In this document: piece by piece, positions 51,176 to 64,000 of the stretch
Position numbering within the stretch: the stretch's first letter is position 1
Layout: each line of letters opens with the position of its first letter
Position numbers and translations under genes: made by a program
Notes under the pieces: model-generated
What the model was told of the DNA's origin: nothing
What the model saw: only the letters and a program-made list of their open reading frames with translations
Databases searched by the model: none
DNA from: Sphyrna mokarran
Taxonomy: Eukaryota
Assembly: GCA_024679065.1 (NCBI GenBank)
Contig: JAGIQG010000023.1
Location: forward strand, 32,922,001 to 32,986,000
DNA: 64,000 bases
Reading direction: 5' to 3'

Positions 51176-54100
51176 AACCATTTCCGCCATCCCACAAACT
51201 CCTCATTGATCAGATGCTATCAATACCTCAGTTATGCACCATTTTCCATTAACCCTTTGGGGGTTACTGCAGCATCTTTGCACCATAACAAATATATATG
51301 CAAATTTGATGTGTTTTGTATTTTTTTTCATTTTTGTTACAAAAAAATTACAAAATTTGTGTTTTGTACTTTGGAACCTCAGTATTCAAACCTTATAATT
51401 TTACACAATCTTGTAAGTTAATCATTGATGAAATATCTAGTTTTGAAAGGTGCAAAAAAATCCAGTACTCAAAGGGTTAAGACATGATTAATTTTGGTAC
51501 ACATTAACCGCCATAGTTCTGAACTAATAAATAAGCCATCTGAGCCTCCAAGTTGTATTCCAAATTTTCCCTAAATGCTCACTTCTACTTTCTGCAGTTT
51601 TAGCTCTATTATGAAAGTCGTGTTGATAATGCATGATGATAATTTATTGTAAATAGCAGCATGTTCAATGCAAACTCTTGTGTAGGTGTAAGTTGTCTAT
51701 GGTTTACGATCACATACATCTGCTGTATATTTTTATGACAATGCTTCGATTTTACATAACATGAATGGACTAGAAAAAGCTAAAGTGAAAAGCCATTCAC
51801 CTGATTCATACCGGAGACTGGTAGAGCATTGACATCACATCATGATACGAAAGAGAAGCCTTGATAGCCTACCAAACAGTGAAAGCTGCTATTCTATACA
51901 ATTGTTAATAAGCAACTCACTGCTCAAAAAGTGATATTGCAAAAGTCTTTTTTAAGTCATGGTTGTCTGTTCAGTTTTGGTTTCAAAATAAGATAATTGT
52001 TCAGTTAGAAGCTGTAAATGATATAAGCACTTACATGCCAAGTTCTCATAAAATATTTCAATGATCCTGTAAGGTCCTAATACAGCACTTTTAGAAATAT
52101 CTGTCTGGATGCATAAATTCTGCACCAAGTTAATAAACTTGTGTGCTGTGGGTACACACTAACCTTTTAGAGATTCAAAATCTCATATCCCTCATAGACT
52201 TTCCGATTGTGTTTAATGACTGTCCAAATAAGCTTAGCTTTCATGGTGGAGATATTTCTCAAACTGCTAATTTCTTACAGGCACCCACAACACAGTCCGC
52301 ATCTGTTCAATTCAAATAGAAATTTGCTCACCTTCATTAGAGATGCATTGGCCATGACTTTTCAGCAATTATATAGAGTATTTGTGCTAAAGCAAAATAG
52401 AACTTGCCTACCCTGTTTTACTCTCACAGAATCCAGAGAATTATTCTGAAAATGAGTTTCACTGTAGTAGGACCCTGGTGCACTTACAGTAGAAAAAAAC
52501 AATTTTATACTTATGGGTTCAAGTCAGATTCAGATGAGCTTGATCGGGGGTGGGGGGCAACATGGAATGTGGAAGGAGGATATTCCATGAAATACGTGAA
52601 TCAGAGATGGAAGACTAATAATAATGTACAGTTTAATGGAAGATTATTTGCATAATTTTAACATAAAATCTCATAACTATTTATAATTCATGCAAAACTT
52701 GAGATGAAAAAGAGTAGAGTTAGAGGATGCCAGCTGGCTTCCTGATAGGTGATGTTGCACTTTGCCAGTCCGCTGCTGCTAATCACAATGTGTATGTGTG
52801 TGTGTGTGTGGAAGGGTGTGTGTGTGTGTGTGGATGTGCCTGGATGTATGCATACACACTGTAGGACAGGAACAGTTGCTGAATGCCACGTAATGCTAAC
52901 ATCAACTGGAGAAGAATAAAATGCACTGATGTCTTTAAGATTAAAAAATGACTGAATAAGTTAACGTGCATAGCAATTTTGACAGTCAAAATTGATGGTC
53001 TGTTTGTACAGTAACAAATCTCACTAATGATACTGACTAGGACTGAATTTTTGATGGATTATTATAATATTACCTTTCGCTTTAAAAATATTGCAATCAT
53101 TAAAGTTTTACTGTACAGAGACACATTAATATTAATGTGCTTAAGCTTTTTACTTGCTATTAGCCACGTAGACTGGCTGCTTGATATTAAGCTGATGTTG
53201 AGTGAAGTGTACTTCATCCTGTTTTTACAAAATGAAAAAGTAAATGTATACAACACCCCTCACTGTGATACTCTTGTTACAAAAAGGAACATCTTTGTTA
53301 CAGCACGAGCAGTGATGCTGTCCTCTAGCGCTAAGTACAATTCACAGTCCTTCTTGCACTCTTCTCCCGCAAACCCCCTGCTCTGCCACTCCAATGTGCA
53401 CTTGAATTTTCTTTTGAGTTTCTGTGCTCTGGAGTGTGCACAGATGGGAGGAATGTTCTTTCAAATGAGTTCTGTCAATATTTCCACATAAACTCTTGTC
53501 AAACAGATAGGTAATTGAGTGAGAATATTTGAGAAAGCTAAAATAGCTAATTTATTGGTATAGAACCTTTGTTGTTAAAACTTTCTCCTGCAATGAGAGA
53601 TATGGACACATTCCATAGGCACCTGAATGAGGTAAACACATTCCTTCAGGCAAAAACACCAAGTTGACTGAGTATCTTTTTGCACACTGGAGCACACGGG
53701 AATTTGCACACATTTACAAAGAGATCAATGGGGTCAATTCAGTGGGTTTGATAAATGTCAATGATCACTCTACATATTTGTTAAGTTCATAAGGTCCTGG
53801 CTAACAGCAATTTTGATTTGATGAGACTAAACTTCATTCCTTCTGAATGACTTTGCACACAACAGCATTGAGTACCACTAGGGCAATTTCATGTCAAATC
53901 CTGCAAACGTATATTTCAAAAAGTGCACAGAAAAGACGGTCATAGAAAATAGATCACTTTGTAGGAGAGATTACTTGTAATCTTGTGGATTCGGTTGACA
54001 TATTTTCTTCATAAAATCCGTACAGAACAGAAGAAGCCATTCGGCCAATGAGGCCTGCACTAACAGTCACATAGATATTTACAAAGCTAAAATATTGGGT

Positions 54101-57100
54101 AAATATGTGTTATCGAAACATGAAACAAAACGGGATAATAATGTTGACAAATGAAATGTTAGTCAACAAATGTTAGGCAACTCCTGTTAGTTTACAGGAG
54201 TTGCCTTCAGTGGTGCAACTTTGCTGACAAACTTTGCTGACAACTTCGCTGTCTTACTGAAGTATCAAGGCAAACATTCTTGGTCAACCAGGCCATTTCC
54301 TAAACCTGCCAAGATATCAAATAATGATCAAACTGAGATTGGAATTAATCTGAAAATTAAACAGTGAAGAACTGGAGACATAAAAATAGTTCTTATAACC
54401 AACTAATCAGGTGCTTTAAATTTGGTGAGTCATCCAGTACCAAACTGAGACTCCAGTTTGGTTGTTCCAAAGGGATAGTTAATGAGTAGGTTCACCTGTT
54501 GGTTGCTGCTAATGGTTGGAGGTTGTCTTACTCATATAACCATCAATTAATGAATACTAGAAGAATGACTTGTAATCTATTTTGTAGCTTTAGAAGTCAC
54601 TTCATCAAGCTGGCATAGTTTTCCATTGCTATCACAGAGCACCTTTTTTTTAATTTTAAGTACAAGTAAGCTATCCCCACCATTTTAAAGAGTTGTTTTA
54701 AATTCTTCAATAAGCAAATATATTTAAGCATACTAGGTAATAGTTATTGTTACATATACAAAAAAACATTGGTTATCAGGTTATTCTATTCCTTTTTATC
54801 TGGCACACAAGGATATTTGTAGCTGAATTTTTCTTACCTTAGAGCCCAAAGACATGAACAGTAAGCGATAATGCCCTATCACTTGAATATTCCATTCTAC
54901 AAGGTTATTTTACCCATCTGGTTATTTGGAAACTTAATTACACAGAAACAGGGGAGGAATTCTCAGGGGACACGCAACCCAAGACAGGAAATTCCCACCC
55001 GAACTCAAGGGATCGTTGAATGGTTCACCGAATTTTCTGTCTCATTTGCTACAATTCTGCAGCAGGCAAGATGGGAGAATTTTGGCCAGTTTCCCTAGCC
55101 GCATGCTTCCCAAGACCCTGGAAATTCCTGCTCAATGGCACTTTGAATGATCCGCTGGATTTATTGTCCAAAAGACTCCCAGGGCAAGTGAGACGGGAGA
55201 ATTTTCAGGCAGGGTATTTAGGTGGAAACTACATGCTGCACTAAACAGTCATTTGCACTATAACTGCAGTGCAAAGCACTAATTCAAAGCTAATTCAATA
55301 AATAGCAGTCTTCTGGAACAACACAGTGAATTTCCAGAAGGGGGCTCTGATTACCCAGGGAAATGCAATATCATTTACCGACTCCCTGTATTCCAACTTG
55401 GGAGAGTCTGTTATAAGTTCTGCTTTTGCAACAGATTTCAAAAACAAAATCAATTTATGTCATCACTGGTTAGTAAAGATATAATCTGACCAAGTTATCC
55501 AATGCTGCTAACGTGTATTTGTCTAGCAGTCACTGTCGCCCACTAAAATTGATCTCTATTAGACATAAAAGGCATCACATCCTCGTAGGAATTTAAATGT
55601 AATCTTCAGATGAACATAACAGTATGCACTTACCTCTTGTTGCTGAACAAAATCTATTGCACTGTTTCTCGATAAATGGAAGCAGATTTTCTTTTAACTT
55701 ACTTGGAACAGCCCAAAGCACTTTTTTTGATGTTGTTGAACAATTATCTTCTGTTACATTTGGATGACATTGAAAGCAACAGAGTAAAATGTAATCAGAT
55801 AAAAAGTTTGGAGAAGATAATGTCGAGCTGAGACTAATATACATTTCGATTAAGATTGAATAAATTAGCAATATATAATTTAGATACTCATATAAATGAT
55901 TCTATATTTCAGCAAAATGAATACACTTGCAGAAAAAAAAGGCAAATTTGTTATGTAACTGTCACTGATGCTCTAAAGCATTGAGATGCAACCACTGATT
56001 CCTTTATTACATTTGCCATTACAGATCTTTTGTCAATTCTACTTAGCAAATATAACCCAAAATTCAGCTTTGCTTTACATATATATTGTTCATAAATTAT
56101 GTTATAGAAAAATAGAGTAGAATGGTTTCAGAGACAATTGTGCTTAAATTTTTGGGTATAGGATCTCTTTCTATGATGAAGCTTGCTCTCTTAAAAAGCA
56201 CTCTTCTTTTTGTTGCACATTAAATTTCATTTGATATTTCCCGTAACATTATCTGCTCTCTGGTGGAAATTCATTCCTTTTGTAAATAATCACTTATGTT
56301 TTGTCTGAAAAAAATTTTAGTTTTCAGGCAACATTGCTTGTTTAGTTCTTGTTCCAAACACTTAACAATCCCAAACATTATTGTCTCCTAAGTTTGACTT
56401 GGCTTCCCTCCAGTTGTTCCCCTTATTTAGGTCAAGCATGCAGATGTGCCTGAAAATAGCTTAGCCTCTTGGGAAGTTAGAAGGACTTTTAGACCTTCTG
56501 CAACAACAAAAGAAGGGTCCAGTGTTATTTTTCACATGTAAATAAGGAGTGGGAACTAGAGTTAAAATATATAAAATTATATTTTTAGATGCCGTCCACT
56601 GAACAAAGCCTCCTAAAACTGAATTGGAAAAGCGATGCAGTGGTCTGTGCTGTAGAGTGTCAGCTTGAATAGCTAGTGTCTAGCCTGTAATAACTTATTC
56701 CAGGTGAGTGCCCTACCAAATGGAATCAAATGATCTGCAGTCTATTTATACGTGTCTCCACCTCTGGGAATCACACTAATAAATTAAATAATGTAAAAAC
56801 CTAAACGATTCTGTGTAAGCCAGTGAGAGTTGTTAAAATCAGAGAGTTTTCATAAATATTTTAACAGTGAAGTGTTTTTTTCCACACTGTCAAACAAATT
56901 GCCTGCTGGAAAATCAGATTTAACATACAGTCAGGCCAACAATAAATATATTTAAGTTATGCATTGAGCTCTGACAATGTAAAGCTGATCTCTGAACAGC
57001 TATCATAGGGCAGAATAGTTATTTCTTACTATTTTGAAAATAGTAGTCAGTTGCTAGATACAGCAATCCAAAACCACTTGTCTTGTGTATAAATATGTAC

Positions 57101-57340
57101 GTTAAGCTACCTGTCTGTGCAATATAAATATGTGAGTCATTGTGTCATAAATAAGTGTATTTTTTTTTACACCATATGCTTGTTCTGTCTGGAAAATGCA
57201 GCTGTACTGTCCTTCGTTTTGATGAAATTTTGTACATTTTGTTTCTACTTTATGTGAAAACGTTTGTTGTGTAGTTTAAATCACATAAGGGAATGTAAAG
57301 CAGAGTCCATTAAATATGTCTCATATATTATTGCTGAAAT
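51176..57340 (+). other. SYT2: Probable long 3' UTR of the synaptotagmin gene
   Basis: AT-rich and nearly free of transposons; candidate poly(A) signals aataaa 56778 and 56941, attaaa 57309 with a GT-rich downstream tract. The end position is inferred. Confidence 0.6.
52788..52832. repeat. Interrupted (TG)n microsatellite
   Basis: Two TG runs separated by gaagg. Confidence 0.9.
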
Positions 57341-57879
57341 GTTGCCTGTTTGCTGGACTGGAAGTTATTACAGCTATTCATAGGTAATGTACAATAATCC
57401 ACCACCAGAACTTAGCATTTGGCCTCCCAATAACCTGCTCTTCAATTGGCCCCTTTAAATCTTGGAGGTTCTGACTGATGCTGAAGACAAAGTTCAATAG
57501 ATATGTTCTGGTTCTTCATCCAATCTTTCACCAGGGGCTCAAGGTTCAGAATTATTTGGTGTATTGCCAATGGCATCGCACCTATGCCACTCTTAGTTAC
57601 ATCCATGGTGTGTGTATTTATGAATACAAAATTGCGCATGTGGACATGCAAGGCCACACTTGCACACATATTTAAATGTTTAAATTCTTGCACTCTTTCT
57701 CCAGTAGAGGCCGTTGGATGGTGACCTGGAGTAGAATTCTGCTTGATGTTTCACTCTCTAAACTAATTGCAACATTACTTTCAAAAGTAAAATACTGCAG
57801 ATGCTGGAAATCTGAATTGAAAACAAAAAATGCTGAAAATACTCTGCAACTCAGGTGGCTGTATATAAAATCCAAAGAG

Positions 57880-58370
57880 GCTCAACAAAACACTGCAGTA
57901 AAACCTTGAAGTTTAAATTATGGATTAAATTTGAACACTAAAAAGGCAAAAACAATGAGGGCGGTATTTTCCCTCTAATCTTGCCCCAAGACTGGAAGAT
58001 CCCACCTGAGGTCAACAGGTGATCCTGTCTCACCCATGGTAGGCAGGATCGGAAAATATTGTTGTGAGAGAAAAAATACATTAAAAGAATCTAATGTAAA
58101 GGTGGAAGTGGATTGTGTCACACTGAAACAAATAGATAAGTTTGTCTATTTGGGACAAATGACAACAGAAGAAGGTAAATGTGATGTGGAAGTTAAAAGA
58201 AGGATTGATAGCAAGAAGTAATTTTCTGAAGATGAAGAGTATGTTAATTACAAAAAACTTCAAGTTTGTAACAAGAACATTCCACCCACATTGCTACATG
58301 CATCAGAAACTTGAACAATAATTGAAGATCTGTGGAAGAGAGACTTTTGAAATAGGGGTGCTTAATATGG
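57880..58370 (+). mobile_element. RTE-clade LINE RT fragment with a small MITE-like insert (~57958-58065)
   Basis: LKQIDKFVYLGQMTTEEGKCDVEVKRRI (ORF 58036-58221); YGLNLNTKKAKTM at ~57918-57957. Confidence 0.75.
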
Positions 58371-60590
58371 ACTGTGGAGCATCTATGAGGCTGAGAATGT
58401 CATAGATAGCATGGTTAGCGAGGTAGTCACACTGCCAGTGAGGATTGCCGTTAGGAATAGTAAAGGACTTAAGAAGGTAGTTCAGGAATCCCCTGTGTTC
58501 ATTCCCCCTCAAATTAGTATGTTGATTTGGATAGTGTTGGGAGTGGATGTAGGGAAGAGTCTCTCGGAGGAAATAGCAGTCAAACTCATGGGTGGCTCTC
58601 TGCTCAGAGACGCAGGAGGAAAGCAAATGGTAGTGGTATAGTTATAGGAGAGTCAATAGCTGGGGACACTTCTGGTAGCTGCAAACATGAATCACGCATG
58701 GTATGTTGCCTCCCTGGTTTCAGACGTCATGGAGAATTCTGCAGGACATTCTGGGGTGAGAAGGTGATCAGCCAGTAGTCATGGATTATATTGGTACCAG
58801 TGACATAGGTAAACTAAGGGATGAGTATCTGCAAGCTGAGTACAGGAAGTTAGGAGATAAATTAAAATGCAGGACCTCAAAATGGAATAAACACAGGATT
58901 ACTCCCAGTTGTACATGCTAGTGAGAACAAGCATAACAGGATAGACTAAATGAATACATGACGGAAGAGATAGTGTAGCCATGAGGCATTCAGATTCTTA
59001 AGGCATTGGAACAGATTTTAGGGGAGCATGTGGAACATTTGCAAACCCAGGCAGAGATGAGACCAATGTCCTTGAAGGAGCTTTTGCTAGTTCTGTTGGG
59101 GAGTATTTAGTGTGGCAGGATGTGGGATCTCAGGAGTAGCATCAGATTGATCAGAATCAGATCAGAAAAATGGAAGTAGAACATTAGCTTGTGATGTAGA
59201 GGATATAAGTGATAGGTATGGAATTACAGGAGAAGCAAAGTTTAAAAGTGTCCAGCAAGGGAAATTGATGGGGCTGAACTGTTTATACTTCAGTCCAAGG
59301 AGTATTACAAACAAGGTAGATGAGTGAAGAGCTAGGAGGCAGACACATGGCAGCAGGATGTCATTGCGATAATGGAAACCTGGCTAAAGCTGGGGCAAAA
59401 TTGGCAACTCAATATCCCTAGATCTTCAGACATCATAGAGTGGGAGATTAAAAAAAGGGAACTAGCACTACTGTTTAAAAAATCAATTCCAGTTATGAGA
59501 AGGGATGATATTCAAAATAAGGCTTTATGGATTGAGCTCAGAAATAAAAAAGAGGCAGTCACACCACTGGGAATATACTACAGCACCCCCCCCACAAATA
59601 GTGAAAGGAAGAGGTAAGAACAAATATACAAAATAGACATTTCCCCTCCAAAGAATGGAATTATGAATTCTAGACACCGAACCCCCCCCAACTTCCAAAC
59701 CCTAAGCCCCCATTTGTCTAGAGGAGAGAAGGACAAACAGAAAAAAAAGCTCACAATCAACACAGAGAATAAGTCAAGCAGATAAGATAGAACATAGAAC
59801 ATAGAACACTACAGCACAGAACAGGCCCTTCGGCCTTCGATGTTGTGCCGACCAATATAAAAAGCAATGCCCCTCCAAACTAAACCATTCCCTTCTCTTC
59901 CATATACTTATCAACTAATCTCTTAAACGCCACCAAACTTGGCGCATCCACAACTGCTGCAGGCAGGGCATTCCACTCCCTAATCACTCTTTGAGTAAAG
60001 AACCTACCTCTGATATCCACTATCTACCACTCCACCGACTTTAGTGTCATCTGCAAATTTACTAATCCTAATAGGTAAAGCATTGCAAAATATCCTAGAT
60101 GAATATAAGAAGTGTGGGGATGAAGTAAAAAAGGAAATAAGGAAATCAAAGAGAAGGCATAAAAAAAGATCAGCATCTAAAGTTAAAAGAAAAACCCAAA
60201 AATAAGTTTCACTAATAATATTAATGGTAAAAGCTCAGTTAACGAAAAAGTGGGCCTATCAGCGATGAAGAATGGAACTTGTGGGTACTTGCATGGGCTG
60301 TTGGAAAGGTTTTAAATGAATTTTTGTCTCAGTGTTTATAAAGGAAAGGAATGATGCAGATTTAGTAGTCCAGAGGAGATATTGGATGGGACAATAAAAC
60401 AGAGTTTGGACTGTTGGAATTCTTGAAAGTTGATAAGTCGCCAAGTCAAATGGACTCTTTCCAAGGCTGCTAAAGGAGGTCAAGGAGGAGATAGCAGATG
60501 CTCTGAGGATGATTTTTCAATCCTCACTGGATACAGCGGAGGTAACGGAGGACTGGGGAAATGCAAACATATTTCCATTGTTTAAAAAGG
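58370..60590 (+). mobile_element. Old CR1 (ORF1 esterase-like region, endonuclease, linker) interrupted by younger insertions
   Basis: VIGES...ESRMVCCLPG (ORF1), ETWL and LWIELRNKK (EN), EDWGNANIFPLFKK (~60548-60590). Confidence 0.8.
59787..60068 (-). mobile_element. Young CR1 subfamily, copy D, internally deleted
   Basis: Matches the 3' end of copy A, then jumps at ~60018 from tgatatcc to actatctaccactcc, a gap of ~630 bp relative to copy A. Confidence 0.92.
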
Positions 60591-61775
60591 TAATCTCACC
60601 ATGGCAGAGTGGAATTTGAGTTCAATAAAAAAAAATCTGGAATTAAGTATCTACTGATAATCATGAAACCCATTCTCATAATGTCAGAAAAGCCCATCTG
60701 GTTCACTAATGTCCTTTAGGGAAGGAAACCTGCTGTCTTTACCTGATTTGGTCTGCATGTGACTCCTAAGCCATAGTAATATGGTTGACTCTGAACAAGG
60801 GCAACTAGGGATGGGCAATAAATACTGGCCAGCTGGTAACACCCACACATGAATTAAAAAAAATTTACAATTCAGCTAAATGACCCAAATTCTTCAGACA
60901 TGAGACCCCACTTCAGCTCATAATTTGCAACCATCTTCAGAAATCTGCTTTACAACAAATATGGCTGGAAAATCTTTTCAAACATATTCCTTGCCCAAAC
61001 ATGATACATTTGCACAACCTCAAAGATAACATTTTCAGTGAATCTGTGGTATAACCATTGCCTTGATGACACCACTATTTCTTTCAATTCTGCAGTCACA
61101 ATCTTGTGAAGATTTTCCCTTGAGTTTTCTCTCAGGAAGGTTTTAGACGAAAGCTATTGTCGACCTGCAGCAAATTATCAGATTCCTCAGGTCACTTTTG
61201 AACAGAATATTTTAATCAAATGCTACAAAGATGTCTAATTCATGGAGCGAATCTATTATAAAATTAATCAAATTCTAGATAACTTGGAGAATAATTGCTC
61301 TGAGAAATGACTGTCTAAATTAATTAATATCCCAAGCTATCCAAAACTTCAAATAAACAAGAAGCTGAGGGGCCACTTTATATCTATATTGCTGTATATT
61401 TTTGTGCTATCTACATGATAACACTGATTGTCAATCTCTATAAAACAAAATAAAAACACAAGCCTGTAGTGCACAGTCTCCTTGGCTCACACATTGCTGC
61501 AGCCCAAAAAGACTATCAGATTATAATTGATTTCAAACCACTGAACAAGCATCTCAATGCACTAACCTCTCTGAAAAGGAAGCTTAGGAGCAAGGTACAA
61601 GGGACAAGCACGAGCTAAAAGCAAAGAAGAAAAAAGAAAAATTACAACACAGCAACAAGCCCTTCAACTCTCCAGGCCTGCATTGACCATGCTACCCGAC
61701 TGAACTAAACCCCCTACTCTTCTGGGGACTGTATCCCTCTATTCCCATCTATTTGTCCAGGCGCCCCTTAAAACT

Positions 61776-62356
61776 AATAGAAAATAGAACATTACAGCAC
61801 AGAACAGGCCCTTCAGCCCTCAATGTTGTGCCGACCAATTAAGAAAAAGCAATGACCCTCTAACCTAAACCATTCCCTTTTCATCCATTAACCTATCCAC
61901 TGACCTCTTAAACACCCCCAAACTTGGCACATCTACAACTGCAGCAGACAGGGCATTCCATACCCTTACCACCCTCTGGGTAAAGAACCTACCTCTGACA
62001 TCCGTCCTATAACTACCACCCCTTAATTTAAAGCTATGTCCCCTCGTGCTAGCTTTCTCCATCTGAGGAAAAAGGCTATCACTGTCCACCCTATCTAAAC
62101 CTCTAATCATCTTATATATTTCAATAAGGTCTCCTCTTAGCCGCCTTCTTTCTAACGAAAACAACCTCAAATCCCTCAGCCTCTCCTCATAACACCTGCC
62201 CTCCATACCAGGCAACATCCTGGTAAACCTCCTCTGTACCCTCTCCAATGCCTCCACATCTTTCTTATAATTTGGGGATCAGAACTGTACACAATACTCC
62301 AAGTGCGGCCGCAACATGACGTTGCGGCTCCAAAATTCAATCCCCCTACCAATAAA
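61776..62356 (-). mobile_element. Young CR1 subfamily, copy E, nested in an older CR1 (~61635-62680)
   Basis: ORF 61865-62257; aaaact on both sides (61770-61775, 62355-62360) is a possible target-site duplication. Confidence 0.93.
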
Positions 62357-63124
62357 AACTCACTATTGTATCCGCTTCCACTACATCTCCCATTAGCAAG
62401 TTCCAGGCATCCACCACCCTCAATGTAAAGAAATTTGCCTTTAAACCTTACCTTCACATCGTTAACATATGAACCCTAGGAATTGACTCTTCTACCCTGG
62501 GGAAAAAGCTTCTAATTATCTACTGTCCCCTCATAATCCTGTAGACTTCTATCAGGTTGCCCTTCAACTTCCACCGTTCCAGTGAGGAAAACCTCTCCTC
62601 ATAGCTAATGCCTTCCATGCCAAGCAACATCCTGTTAAATCTTTTCTATGCTGTCTTCAAAGCCCCCACATCCTTAATGGTAGTTATTGTTGGTGCAAAT
62701 TCAATGGGCTGAAGCTTTTTTTGTGCTGTATGATTCCATGACCCATTGCAAGATGAAAGTCTGACTCTCATTTGGCCAAGCTCTCACACTAGAAAAAGCC
62801 AGAAAAAGCTCCTTGTCCATAAAATGTATCTGGAACAAGGTCCTAAAGGATCCTGAAGTAGTTTAAAGGCAGATGGGCTAAGCTAGTTTTCGAGGTCAGC
62901 AACATTACAGAAATGGGAAAAAGATGGTTCTGTATATCAGACTTGGTCATCGGAAATTAATAAGAAAGAAAGTGGCAGCAATAAAAAGAAATAAACACCT
63001 TACGCATATTTAATAGTTTATGTAGTTTACAAAAAGATTTTTCTTAACCCTATACACCTTTTGAAGAAAATGCATCATATATAACTCTTTCTTCCATATT
63101 AGGACTATTTATTTTTTCCAGAGC

Positions 63125-63400
63125 ATGGTGGCACATTGCTGCCTCACAGCTCTAGGGACCTGGTTTATATGGCCTTGGATGATTATCTGCATGGAGTTTG
63201 CATATTTTCCCTGCATCTGCATGGGTTTCCTCTGTGTGCTCCGGTTTCCTCCAACAGTCCAAAGATTTGCAAGTTAGATGGATTGGCACTGCTAAATTGC
63301 CTTTTAGGTTAGATGGATTATCCATGGGAAATGTATGGGATAGGGTAGGGGAGATGGCCAGAGTAAGATGCTCTGTCAGACAGTCAGTGCAGACTCAATT
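63125..63400 (+). mobile_element. HE1/V-SINE-like SINE, degenerate
   Basis: gctgcctcacagctctagggacc head and tgctccggtttcctcc core. Confidence 0.82.
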
Positions 63401-64000
63401 ATATAAATATTTATGTAAATTTAAAAGACTTTTAAAACAAAGCAAAGAAGTCACCTAATACATATCTGTTCCTCCTGTCTGGAGCCATAAACTTAGGAGC
63501 CCTTGGCAAACCATTTCATTCAGAAGCATCAATTAAATCTTTATTTGCCTCAGGGTCTTCTAATTATGATTGCATAGAATTTGTTGAATGGAGCATCTCA
63601 TCGTAAATTGGACTTTTTTCCCCCTCAATGTCTTAGTCCTGGATTGCAAATTGCTAGTAAAACAAATTGCAAGATGGAGGGTGCACCTCAATATCGAGGG
63701 CAATGGTCACCTCCTTTAATAACACTTAAGGGTATCTTTTGTTTAATGGCACTTAAGGACAGGGAAAGAAACGGAGCCAACAACAAAACTGGTCTGAATT
63801 AGTCAAATTAGACAGGGAGAGAGACACAGAGAGAAGGATTGAATTAAGAGCAAGGAAAGCAATAGATCTTAAAGGAAACTTCTCAAAATCATTTTCAACT
63901 TGTGTGAATGGGATTTCACAGTTTTATTGTTCTCATTCAAATCTGCATGATTGTATGGTACATCAGAACCATAAATCATATTATTAATATTGTCTATACG

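Noticed and set aside
51170-51185. Stop-codon readthrough
   Set aside because: Context is TGA-AAC, not the TGA-CTAG readthrough motif.
53027-53491. 154-aa ORF in the 3' UTR region
   Set aside because: AT-rich composition, no recognisable domain or splice context; likely chance.

Overview
Eukaryotic, repeat-dense genomic DNA, almost certainly from a shark (cartilaginous-fish CR1/HER1-type LINEs, HE1/V-SINE-type and DeuSINE-type SINEs, Penelope-like terminal repeats). The only host gene found is the 3' end of a synaptotagmin-2-like gene on the + strand: the penultimate coding exon (31588-31721), the last coding exon (50969-51175) and a probable ~6 kb repeat-poor 3' UTR. I did not find the preceding exon, so 1-31587 is probably one large intron. 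Most ORFs in the track are retroelement fragments or noise. Less obvious content: a heavily decayed Gypsy LTR-retrotransposon relic (~105-3560, minus strand); a CR1 carrying an unusual ~535-bp composite structured tail, with a second inverted copy of that tail nested in its own endonuclease region; five copies of one young CR1 subfamily around the last exon, including a head-to-head inverted pair; a 1-kb element with perfect 18-bp TIRs; several unclassified inverted repeat pairs; and hammerhead-like cores in Penelope remnants. No prokaryotic system, CRISPR array, rRNA or true tRNA gene is supported. Repeat boundaries were read by eye and are approximate; family names come from recalled motifs, not from searches.
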